Below, one piece after another: positions 9,353 to 17,466 of a stretch of DNA of 64,000 nt. The notes under the pieces were generated by a model. That model saw only the letters and a program-made list of their open reading frames with translations. It had not been told where the DNA came from and searched no databases. The translations under genes and the position numbers were made by a program. The DNA comes from Nannocystis bainbridge. GTDB taxonomy: Bacteria > Myxococcota_A > Polyangia > Nannocystales > Nannocystaceae. Position 1 is the stretch's first letter; each line of letters begins with the position of its first letter. The DNA is taken from contig NZ_JAQNDL010000005.1 of NCBI RefSeq assembly GCF_028368995.1, forward strand, positions 656,619 to 720,618, in the 5' to 3' direction.

Positions 9353-10216
9353 ATGGCTTCCCGCGCCTCGTTCTTCGCCTCGCCGCTCCTCCTCCTCGCC
9401 CTCCTGCCCGCCTGCAACGGCGGCGAGAAGACCACCGCCGACGTCACCGCGACGATGGCCACCACCGACGCCGCCACCGACCCGACCACGGACGACGGCA
9501 CCGCGACCGACTCGGGCTCCACCACTGACGGCTCGACCGCCAGCCCCACCGACCCCGGCACGACCGCGACCACCGACGCCACCGTCACCACCGACGCGAC
9601 CGTCACCACCGACGCGACGACGACGACCAACACCGCGACGGGCACGACCGACGCGACGACCACCACGACCGACGCGACGACCACCGACACCGGCGACACC
9701 TCCACGACCACCGGCGTGATGCCCGGCTCGTGCGAGGGCGACGCGCCGCGGATCCGGCTGGCGACGACGATGGGCGACCTGGTCGTCCAGCTCGACGCCG
9801 TCAACGCCCCGGTCACCACCGCCAACTTCATCCACTACGTCGAGGCAGGCTTCTACGCCGGCACCATCTTCCACCGCGTGCTCGACGATTTTGTCATCCA
9901 GGGCGGCGGCTTCACCGCGGACCTGCAGAGCAAGCCGACCGAGCCGCCGATCCCGCTCGAGACCAGCCCCGCGCTGACCCACGTCGACGGCGCCATCTCG
10001 ATGGCCCGCACCAACAACCCCAACAGCGCCACCTCGCAGTTCTACATCTGCGACGGCCCGCAGCACTTCCTCGACGGCGACTACGCCGCCTTCGGCGTGC
10101 TGGTCGAGGGCTTCGACGTGCTCGCCGCCATCGCCGCGGTCCCGACCCAGAGCGAGAAGGGCTACGACGACGTCCCCGTCGCCGACGTCATCATCGAGTC
10201 CGCCACCTGCGAGTGA
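9353..10216 (+). CDS. Cyclophilin-type peptidyl-prolyl isomerase, lipoprotein with Thr-rich linker
   Basis: Lipobox 'LLALLPAC', TTDAT repeats, and 'FYAGTIFHRVLDDFVIQGGG...SMARTNNPNSATSQFYI'. Confidence 0.9.
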   Translation: MASRASFFASPLLLLALLPACNGGEKTTADVTATMATTDAATDPTTDDGTATDSGSTTDGSTASPTDPGTTATTDATVTTDATVTTDATTTTNTATGTTDATTTTTDATTTDTGDTSTTTGVMPGSCEGDAPRIRLATTMGDLVVQLDAVNAPVTTANFIHYVEAGFYAGTIFHRVLDDFVIQGGGFTADLQSKPTEPPIPLETSPALTHVDGAISMARTNNPNSATSQFYICDGPQHFLDGDYAAFGVLVEGFDVLAAIAAVPTQSEKGYDDVPVADVIIESATCE

Positions 10217-10218
10217 GC

Positions 10219-10288
10219 TGACCTCCAGGACATGCCCGCGAGGGCATGTCCGCCCGGACATGACCGTCGGGTCATGTCCCCGAGGACA
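10219..10288. repeat. Tandem array of five 14-bp palindromic units (TGNCC-N4-GGNCA)
   Basis: TGACCTCCAGGACA / TGCCCGCGAGGGCA / TGTCCGCCCGGACA / TGACCGTCGGGTCA / TGTCCCCGAGGACA. CATG at 10231, 10245, 10259, 10273. Lies between convergent genes. Confidence 0.9.
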
Positions 10289-10297
10289 CCCAGTGCC

Positions 10298-11422
10298 TCA
10301 GCCCGGCGGCTCGAACTGCTCGCAGGCGGTGTCGATCACGCTGACCGCCGCGTCGAAGAACGGCGCGTAGTCGGGCGAGCAGATCGAGCCCCAGCTGCCG
10401 TACGTGAACGACTCGGCGAACTGGCGCAGGCGCGGCGAGGCCTCGGCCTGGCCGGTGCACACCGGGTTCGGCTGGTCGGGGTCGCCGATGAGGCCGAGCA
10501 CGACGATGTTCTTCTCGAGCCCGAACTTGGCGGCCACCAGCGACGCGTTCCAGCCGACCGGGTTGCCGTTCGACTCCTGGTCGTCCTCCTCGTCGGTGAT
10601 GAAGGTGACGACCAGCAGCGCGTCCTTGCGCACGAACCCGTCGTTGCACCCGGCCGGCTTGGTGAGCGGCCCGACCGCCGCCACCATCGCCTCCATCGGC
10701 CGCTCGCTGCCGTCGCCGTTGGTGCCGACCTTGGCCAGGCACTCGAAGGTGCTGGCGAGGTTGGGCTGGCCGTCGACCATATAACGCTGGCCGCCGGCCA
10801 CCCCGCACTCGCTGTCGCTCGGGTCCTTCGTCAGCCCGACCCCGAGCGTCGCGTCGCAGCCCTCGGGCTGCGGCAGCATGTTGCACGGGTACCCCTCGCA
10901 CTCGGGGAAGAACGTGCAAAGCACCAGGCACTCCTGCAAGAACGCGTTGCCGGCGTCGGTGTCGACCACCATGATGTGGTAATCCTCCACCTTCACCGTG
11001 TTCTGAATCGACGAGATGAAGCCGTCGAAGCTGACCGCCAGCGCCTCCTGCTCCTCGGCCATCGAGCCCGAGTTGTCGACCACGAACAGGAAATCGATCT
11101 TCTGACAGCCGCCCTCGGGCCCACCGGTCTCCGGCGGCACGATCGGCCCGGTGTCCTCGCCGACGTCGAACTTGACCCCCTCGGTGTTGCCGCTGCTGGT
11201 CGGATTCGCCGTCGAGGCCTCGCTGCCCTCGCTCTCGCCCGCGGTCCCGCTGCCGCCCGGCCCCGTCGTCTCGCCGCCCCCGCTGCCGGGCGCCGTGGTC
11301 GAGATGCCCGGCAGGGTCCCGATCGACGAGACCCCCGTCTGTTGCGTATCCCGGCTATCGTCGGTATCGGCGCACGCCGGCAGCAACGCGGTGCAGATGC
11401 AAGCAGTAAAGAAGAGGCGCAT
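10298..11422 (-). CDS. vWA-like domain lipoprotein (myxobacterial family)
   Basis: Lipobox 'ALLPAC', Gly/Thr linker, MIDAS-like 'DFLFVVDNSGSM', 'VTFITDEED', several Cys. Confidence 0.75.
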   Translation of the reverse strand: MRLFFTACICTALLPACADTDDSRDTQQTGVSSIGTLPGISTTAPGSGGGETTGPGGSGTAGESEGSEASTANPTSSGNTEGVKFDVGEDTGPIVPPETGGPEGGCQKIDFLFVVDNSGSMAEEQEALAVSFDGFISSIQNTVKVEDYHIMVVDTDAGNAFLQECLVLCTFFPECEGYPCNMLPQPEGCDATLGVGLTKDPSDSECGVAGGQRYMVDGQPNLASTFECLAKVGTNGDGSERPMEAMVAAVGPLTKPAGCNDGFVRKDALLVVTFITDEEDDQESNGNPVGWNASLVAAKFGLEKNIVVLGLIGDPDQPNPVCTGQAEASPRLRQFAESFTYGSWGSICSPDYAPFFDAAVSVIDTACEQFEPPG

Positions 11423-11697
11423 GGTCCCCCACACCATAGCCACGGGTCACGCCTGCTGTCGAGCACGCTCGCCGGGCCCCGCATCGCCGCCCCGCCGCTC
11501 CAGCGCCCCTCCTGCGGCCCTTCGCGTGCGAGCCCCAGCCAAGCTCACGAGCCCGCCGCGCTGTCCAGATCCGAGCGCTTTCGCACGACCCGGGGGCGGC
11601 GCCTCGACGCATGCTGAATGCGCATTCGCAGAAGACTGCCCCGCATTCGCCATTCCCGCCGCGGTCGCTCGATTCGGGAATCTCGCGTCTCGCGGGT

Positions 11698-12606
11698 TCA
11701 GCTCGGCTCTGCGGAGTACCAGTGGGCCACGTCGCCCCCGCGCGCGTAGCGGTCGAACCACCCCGCCGCGAACGCCGGCAGCGGCTGGTCCTCGGGGTCG
11801 TGGTTCGGCAACTGTGATTGCAAGATCCCCCGCGTCGCCGCCTTGCGCGCGCTGGCTGACACGCAGGCGAACGGATCGGGCAGCGGCGCCGGCCGCTTGC
11901 CGAACGGCACCAGCGAGCGCAGCGCGTGGCGGGCCTGGAAGCCCGGCAGCAGCACCCGCGCGTCGATCTGGCGGTCCGCGAGCGGCACGTGCTCGTTGAA
12001 GCCGGTCACGATCACGTGCAGCACGCGGTGCATGTGCAGCGCCACCGACGGCAGCATCGCCAGGCGATACGCCTCGCTCCAGCCGAGCGCGCGATACAGG
12101 ATCAGCGCCGAGCTGCGGTGCTCGACCTCCTCGACGAAATGCCACAAGAACATCGAAGCGACCCGATCGTCGCCCGGCCGGAACAGATCGGCCTCGTGGT
12201 CGAGGAACAGCTTGAACGTCGGCGTGAAGGTCGCCTCGAGATCGGCGATGTACGCCAGGTGGTACCGCAGCGACTTGGCCGCCAGCATCTCGTCGAAGCA
12301 GCGGATCGCCTCGTCGACGGTGTGCTGCAGGCCCGGCCAGCGGCGGTACAGCGCCTTCAGGTGCTGCCGATGGACCCGCGCGTGCTGGGCCTCCTGGCGC
12401 AGAAAAGCGTCCGCCTCCGCCACCACGTCCGGCTCGGTGAACTGCGGCATCGCCTGCCGCACCACCGCGACGATGTATTTCTCAAAGGCGATGGCGAGGA
12501 TGCTGATCATGTTGGCCATCACCGCGAACGTCGGGTTGCCCGGGTGCCACATGAACGGGACATCGTCGGCGAAATCGAACTGAACTTTCCGAACCTGCAA
12601 AGACAT
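11698..12606 (-). CDS. Predicted metal-dependent hydrolase (ferritin-like)
   Basis: 'FEKY', 'FLRQEAQHARVH', 'DLEATFT', 'WHFVEEVEHRS' motifs. Confidence 0.8.
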   Translation of the reverse strand: MSLQVRKVQFDFADDVPFMWHPGNPTFAVMANMISILAIAFEKYIVAVVRQAMPQFTEPDVVAEADAFLRQEAQHARVHRQHLKALYRRWPGLQHTVDEAIRCFDEMLAAKSLRYHLAYIADLEATFTPTFKLFLDHEADLFRPGDDRVASMFLWHFVEEVEHRSSALILYRALGWSEAYRLAMLPSVALHMHRVLHVIVTGFNEHVPLADRQIDARVLLPGFQARHALRSLVPFGKRPAPLPDPFACVSASARKAATRGILQSQLPNHDPEDQPLPAFAAGWFDRYARGGDVAHWYSAEPS

Positions 12607-12856
12607 GGGGCCGCTACGGTCCTGCGCCGTGAGCCCAGCCTACGCCGGTAGCGCCGACGCGACAACGCGGCCGCGCCCGAGGACGACGGGGTTCCGACGC
12701 CGCATCCCCGCGGATCACCGCGACCCCCTGTTTTCGCGCCCGCGCCTCGGGGCGATCCCGCGGGTCGCAGTCATGGCAGCGAGCGCGTGGCGTCGCCTCG
12801 AAGCGCCGGTGCGGGCGCGGTTGACAGCCCCCGGGAGCCCCGCCGAAGCTCGCGCG

Positions 12857-13681
12857 ATGGCTCGGCAAGATCCGGCAGTCCTCGCCCTGCTGCCCCTCTT
12901 CAAGGATACGTCCGCGCAGGGGCTCACCCGCCTGCTCACCGCCGTCGGCGCTCTCGGCAGCGACGGCCTCCCGGCCCTGCGCCGGGCTGCGCGCGGCAGC
13001 AAGGCCCGGGCGCGCCGGCGCGTCGATGCCTTGCTCGCGCTCGGCGACGCCGACCCCGGCGGCCCGCCCGACGATGAAGTCCGCGAGCTCCTGGGCGTGC
13101 GCGACGACCTCCGCGACGGGCTGGTGCAGAGCATGCAGACCCGGCCGCGGTTCATCCCCGAGCTCCGCGCGATCGCCCGCGACGCCGACGACCCCGAGTG
13201 GGCGTGGGCCGTCGATGCGCTCGGCGAGCTCGGCGACCGCGACGGCGTCGAGATCCTCATGGCGCACACGGCCGGCCAGGACACCCCGTTCGTCCTGCTC
13301 GACGCCCTGCGCAAGATCAAGGACCCGATCGCCGCCCTGGTGTTCGAGCCCAACCTGACGCACCCCGAGGCGCGCACGCGGGTCTATGCGCTGTGGGGCC
13401 TCGCCGCTCTCGGCCACGAGACCCCGATCGCCGGCCTCGTCGCCCTGCTCGAAGACCCCGAGGTCCACACCGCGACCTCGTACGATCCGGGCGAGTCGCG
13501 CCGCGCCGCCCAGGCCCTGTGCGACGTGCTCGGCTGGCCGTTCGAATGGGCCCCCGAAGCCGTGGAAGCCACCCGCGCGCGCGTCCGGGCCCGCTTCAGC
13601 GAGACCTACCTCGCCGCCTGCGCCGAGGCCCTGGCGCGCGGCCAATTCGACCTACCGCCCGATCATCCAGCGAGGGCCTGA
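12857..13681 (+). CDS. HEAT-repeat-like helical protein
   Basis: 'AVDALGELGD', 'RVYALWGLAALG', 'RRAAQAL' repeats. Start codon uncertain. Confidence 0.6.
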   Translation: MARQDPAVLALLPLFKDTSAQGLTRLLTAVGALGSDGLPALRRAARGSKARARRRVDALLALGDADPGGPPDDEVRELLGVRDDLRDGLVQSMQTRPRFIPELRAIARDADDPEWAWAVDALGELGDRDGVEILMAHTAGQDTPFVLLDALRKIKDPIAALVFEPNLTHPEARTRVYALWGLAALGHETPIAGLVALLEDPEVHTATSYDPGESRRAAQALCDVLGWPFEWAPEAVEATRARVRARFSETYLAACAEALARGQFDLPPDHPARA

Positions 13682-14105
13682 GCCGCAGGGTCCGCTCCCT
13701 CGCTAGGCCGCGGCAGCCAGGTCGATGCGTGCGCCTGTCGCTCGGCAAGATCGAGGGTGGATCGTGTGCGAAGCCGCGGAACATGGCCGATCGCCTGCCC
13801 CTTCTTTCACCGGCCCGGGAAGCGCGCACGGAAGCTGCGTGCGGTGCTCGTTCGGCCCGAGGCGAATGCCGCCGAGGAGCTACCTATCGAGGCGGCCCAG
13901 GGCGCGTCGCTCGAGCGGAGCTGGAGGATGAATGTTGAAAGAGAGTGATGAAGATCGTGGTGACCAAGGCGCAGTCGCGCTGCAGCCCGAGCCGCCGGTG
14001 CGAGAGACGTTCGCGCTGCTGATCCTGAGCGACATGTCGGTCGTGGCAGGCGAGCTCGTTCGGCGGTGCGCTGCGGCTGGACCTCCGACCGATGCGCGGG
14101 GGCCG

Positions 14106-14585
14106 CTAAGTCGGTTGATGCCGCCAACTCCCCTCCACCGCCACCTCACTGCGGATCGAATTGGCGATGAAGCAGGCATCGTGAGCCGCGTGGTGCAGTC
14201 GCGCGACGGCGGCGTCGTCTGGCGCCGGGTCGCCCGCGAAAACCACCTCCGGGTGCAGCACAACGCGCGCGATCCAGGCCTTGCCCGCGGCGTTCTTCTC
14301 CATCAGACCGCGGGCCGTGTCGGTGTAGCACTCCACAGTGAAGCCCCTGGCAGCGGCCAGGCCAAGAAACCACAGCATGTGGCAGCTCGCTACCGAGGCG
14401 ACGAAGGCTTCCTCGGGATCGACATGAGCGGGGTTCGAGAGGGGAACCCTGACGACTTCGGGCGAGCTGGAGGCCGGCACCACCGCGCCCCCGTCGAAGC
14501 GCCAGAGGTGCTCGCGGCTGTACTTGTTGTCGGTGAACTTGCTGCCCTGCCTGGACCATTCGATGGTTGCGCTGTGCGTGGACAT
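14106..14585 (-). CDS. OsmC/Ohr-family protein
   Basis: 'YSREHLWRFDGG...DPEEAFVASVASCHMLWFL...AHDACFIANS' with the two conserved Cys. Confidence 0.9.
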   Translation of the reverse strand: MSTHSATIEWSRQGSKFTDNKYSREHLWRFDGGAVVPASSSPEVVRVPLSNPAHVDPEEAFVASVASCHMLWFLGLAAARGFTVECYTDTARGLMEKNAAGKAWIARVVLHPEVVFAGDPAPDDAAVARLHHAAHDACFIANSIRSEVAVEGSWRHQPT

Positions 14586-15039
14586 CTTCGCCTCTCGGTC
14601 TCCAGGCCGGCATTGTAGACATACGGCGCCGGCATGTCGCCCGGAAAGCGGGTGTGCCAGTCTCGCTCGCCGTTCACGACGACAATGGTGCGCTTCATGG
14701 GCGCGGATTGTATCAGGAGTATGAGAGCGGGCGGGACAGGGATGCGAGGCCGCGAGCCTCCGATCCTCGGCACGCGATGTTTCCGCACGCACGCTGTGGC
14801 CGCGGTCGAACGGCGACGCTGGAAACCGCCGGGTGTTCGAGGCAGACGGGCCGACGCGGCGTTGCTGTCGACGCCCGTCGTGCCCGGGCCGCCGCCGGTG
14901 CCGAGGCAATTTTCGGTGTCGGCAGGTGTGATCGCCGGCGACGGGGCGCCAGCGGGCGCCGCGCTTCTCGACGCCTGAGCTCTCGTGATTCATCGGCATC
15001 CCACCTCCGAGGGCCAGGTACCTCTCCGGGAGGTCCACG

Positions 15040-15420
15040 TCACCACGCGGTCTACCGAACGGTTACCGTCGAACGGCAGCTCAGGCGGGAACGCAGCTCG
15101 CCGAACGGATACGAAGTTCTTCAGGTCTATGAGATGCAGATCTCGCTATTCTCTGCGAGATCTGATTCCACGACCGTCTACGCCACCTTTAACTCTAATG
15201 CCATTGCGGAACTCAACGTAAGTGACCGATATGGCAAAGAGGCTCGCTTCGAGCCTCTTATCCGAGGTGAAGTGGAGGTCGTCCTGGAACCAGGGTATAC
15301 ATCCTGGAAATCAACATACCAAACTGGTCATTGGATCTGCCGGACCTGAAATCCTAGATCTTAGAACGATTGAAAGATCTTGGGCTTTTGATGATGGATA
15401 GAATACACTAACAGCTAGCT
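15040..15420 (+). other. Short AT-richer islet, probably the 3' remnant of a foreign gene (open frame ends at 15349)
   Basis: Abrupt drop in GC. The frame 'VYRTVTVERQ...YQTGHWICRT*' is protein-like but has no convincing start. Confidence 0.4.
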
Positions 15421-15496
15421 CAAACCGCCGAGAAGCCGCCGAAATACGTCAAAGCAGAGGAGGGCACGCCCACGCAAGGGCCGGCCCCCTGGCCCG

Positions 15497-17212
15497 TCAC
15501 GGCTCGAGGTGGATCCCCAGCCCACGCAAAAACAGCCGCGTGTACGCCCACAGCGACCCGCCTTCTTGCGGGCGGATGAACACGTGGATCAGCGAGAAGA
15601 ACTGGAACGTCAGGTACGCACAAACCACGTCGAGCGCGATCCGGCGGTCACGGGTCCATGGCCGGCGGGTCCGGGGTCTTCTCAATAGCACCACCTGCGT
15701 GATCGAGATCCCGAGCCCCAGCAGCAAGAAATACGGCCACGTCGAGAGCCCTGCCAGCAGCGTCCCCCACCGCAGGTCGACGAGCGTGCGCGGCGGGATG
15801 TGCCCCCAGATCAGGTTGCCGACCACCGTCGCCACCATCGTCGCCACGAAGATCCGCAGCGTCCGCCGGCGCTTGAACCACCGGAAGAACACTGGATAAT
15901 AAAATACGCGGACCAGGAACTCGCGGAAGTGGAACGCGAAGCGGCTCCACAGCGCCGCCAGGTTGGTCGCCAGCCACGGCCGGTCGTACTGCGTCTCCAT
16001 GCGATAGCCGAGCACTCGCCACGCCCCCACGCGAAAATGCGTCACTCCGCCGTAGATGAGGAAGATCCGCGCCTGATCGACGATCGTCGAGATCAGCACC
16101 GTCGGCGTCGAGAGCCGCTCCCCGGCCAGGTGGGCGCGCACCAGATCGCTCGTGAACTTGAACACCTCGACCCCGAACACCTCGCGCATCAGCACCACGA
16201 AGCGCGCCGTCACGTGCTCCGCGAACACCATGTACACCAGCGCCAGGCACCACAGCTTGACCCCCGACAGCACCAGCGCGTTCTTGTCCGCCGCCAGCCG
16301 CCGCTCCTGCAAGAACGTGTAGCCCTGGCCGAGGTACGGCGCATACGCCAGGTTGGGGATCGCCGCCGGCGTCAGGAACAGCGCCAGATAGTCGCCGAGC
16401 GGCAGATCGCGCGGCACCTCGCCGTCCTTGTAATCGGCGTGGTAGACCATCAACCGCGCCCACTGAAAGCAGAAGAACAGCAGCCCGACCGGCATGACCC
16501 ACATGCGCCCGGTGAGGCCCTCGCGCACGGTCGCCACGAGCACGACGATCATGCAGGTCTGGATCAGGCACGTGCGCAGGACGCTCAGCCAGCGCCCGCC
16601 GCCGGTCAACGCCGCCCGACTGCCATGATAGATCGCCGACGCCAGCGCCCCCGCCCCGACCACCGCGATCGCCTGCGGCCACCCCGCCTGGCCCGCCGTC
16701 GCCAGCCAGCCGACCAGCGCCCCCCAGAGCCCCGCCACCCCCACGCTGCGCCCCGCCCCCGGGTGGAACGCCAGCCAGATCGCCAGGTGCGCCGCCAATA
16801 GCAGGACCGTCGCCGGCACCCCGTACAGCAGCCCGAACAGCGGCACGAACCAGCCCACGATCGCCAGATTTTTTAAACGCAGCGGCGCGAAGTACACGCT
16901 GACGAAGCAGCCGAACAGCCCCGCGAGCATGATCAGCCGCTCGTCGTCATTATTAAAGATCTCCGTCGCCGACGCGTAGAGCTTCGAATCGAAGTTGCCG
17001 TCCTCGTCGAGGATCCGCGTGCCGCTGAGGCCCAGCGCGTCGAACACCTCGCGCGGCGTCGGCACCCCGAGCCACGCCGCCAGGTGCGTATAGCACCAGC
17101 AATACAGCAGCAGCACCGCGAACACCGGCACGATCACCCACGGCCGGTGGCGGTCGTGGGCCCGCTGCGTCTCCGGCGCGAGCTTGCTGCCGCGGAGGCG
17201 CACCCCGGCCAT
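15497..17212 (-). CDS. MBOAT-family membrane-bound O-acyltransferase (DltB/AlgI-like)
   Basis: Multi-TM protein with 'YDRPWLATNLAALWSRFAFHFREFLVRVFYYP' and a candidate catalytic His in 'GNLIWGH'. 5-bp gap to the ACP gene. Confidence 0.8.
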   Translation of the reverse strand: MAGVRLRGSKLAPETQRAHDRHRPWVIVPVFAVLLLYCWCYTHLAAWLGVPTPREVFDALGLSGTRILDEDGNFDSKLYASATEIFNNDDERLIMLAGLFGCFVSVYFAPLRLKNLAIVGWFVPLFGLLYGVPATVLLLAAHLAIWLAFHPGAGRSVGVAGLWGALVGWLATAGQAGWPQAIAVVGAGALASAIYHGSRAALTGGGRWLSVLRTCLIQTCMIVVLVATVREGLTGRMWVMPVGLLFFCFQWARLMVYHADYKDGEVPRDLPLGDYLALFLTPAAIPNLAYAPYLGQGYTFLQERRLAADKNALVLSGVKLWCLALVYMVFAEHVTARFVVLMREVFGVEVFKFTSDLVRAHLAGERLSTPTVLISTIVDQARIFLIYGGVTHFRVGAWRVLGYRMETQYDRPWLATNLAALWSRFAFHFREFLVRVFYYPVFFRWFKRRRTLRIFVATMVATVVGNLIWGHIPPRTLVDLRWGTLLAGLSTWPYFLLLGLGISITQVVLLRRPRTRRPWTRDRRIALDVVCAYLTFQFFSLIHVFIRPQEGGSLWAYTRLFLRGLGIHLEP

Positions 17213-17217
17213 GCGCC

Positions 17218-17466
17218 TCAGCCCAGCTTGCGGCGCACGTAGGCCGCCAGCGCCCGCACACTGTGGAAGTTGTCGACCTGCACGTCCGCGCGGGCCACAT
17301 CGATCCCGAACGTATCTTCGAGGAATTGCACCGTTTGCACGATCCCCAGCGAATCGACGAACCACTCGTTCAGCAGGTCCGTGTCGTACTCGAGCGCCCG
17401 CCCGAGGTGCGGATAGCTCGCCGTGTAATAGGCGTGGATCGTCGCCGCGATCTCCGCCTCGGTCAC
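17218..17466 (-). CDS. Acyl carrier protein (DltC-like)
   Basis: 82 aa. 'DTDLLNEWFVDSLGIVQTVQFLEDTFGI...NFHSVRALAAYV' contains the DSL phosphopantetheine site. GTG start overlaps the upstream stop (GTGA). Confidence 0.9.
   Translation of the reverse strand: MTEAEIAATIHAYYTASYPHLGRALEYDTDLLNEWFVDSLGIVQTVQFLEDTFGIDVARADVQVDNFHSVRALAAYVRRKLG

Noticed and set aside
9440-9715. Thr-rich ACC/ACG repeats (also 25550-25600) as a DNA repeat element
   Set aside because: Explained by low-complexity TTDAT/TTG linkers common in these lipoproteins.
10227-10280. Resemblance of GGACATGTCC junctions to eukaryotic p53 half-sites
   Set aside because: Coincidental in a bacterial genome; no supporting evidence.
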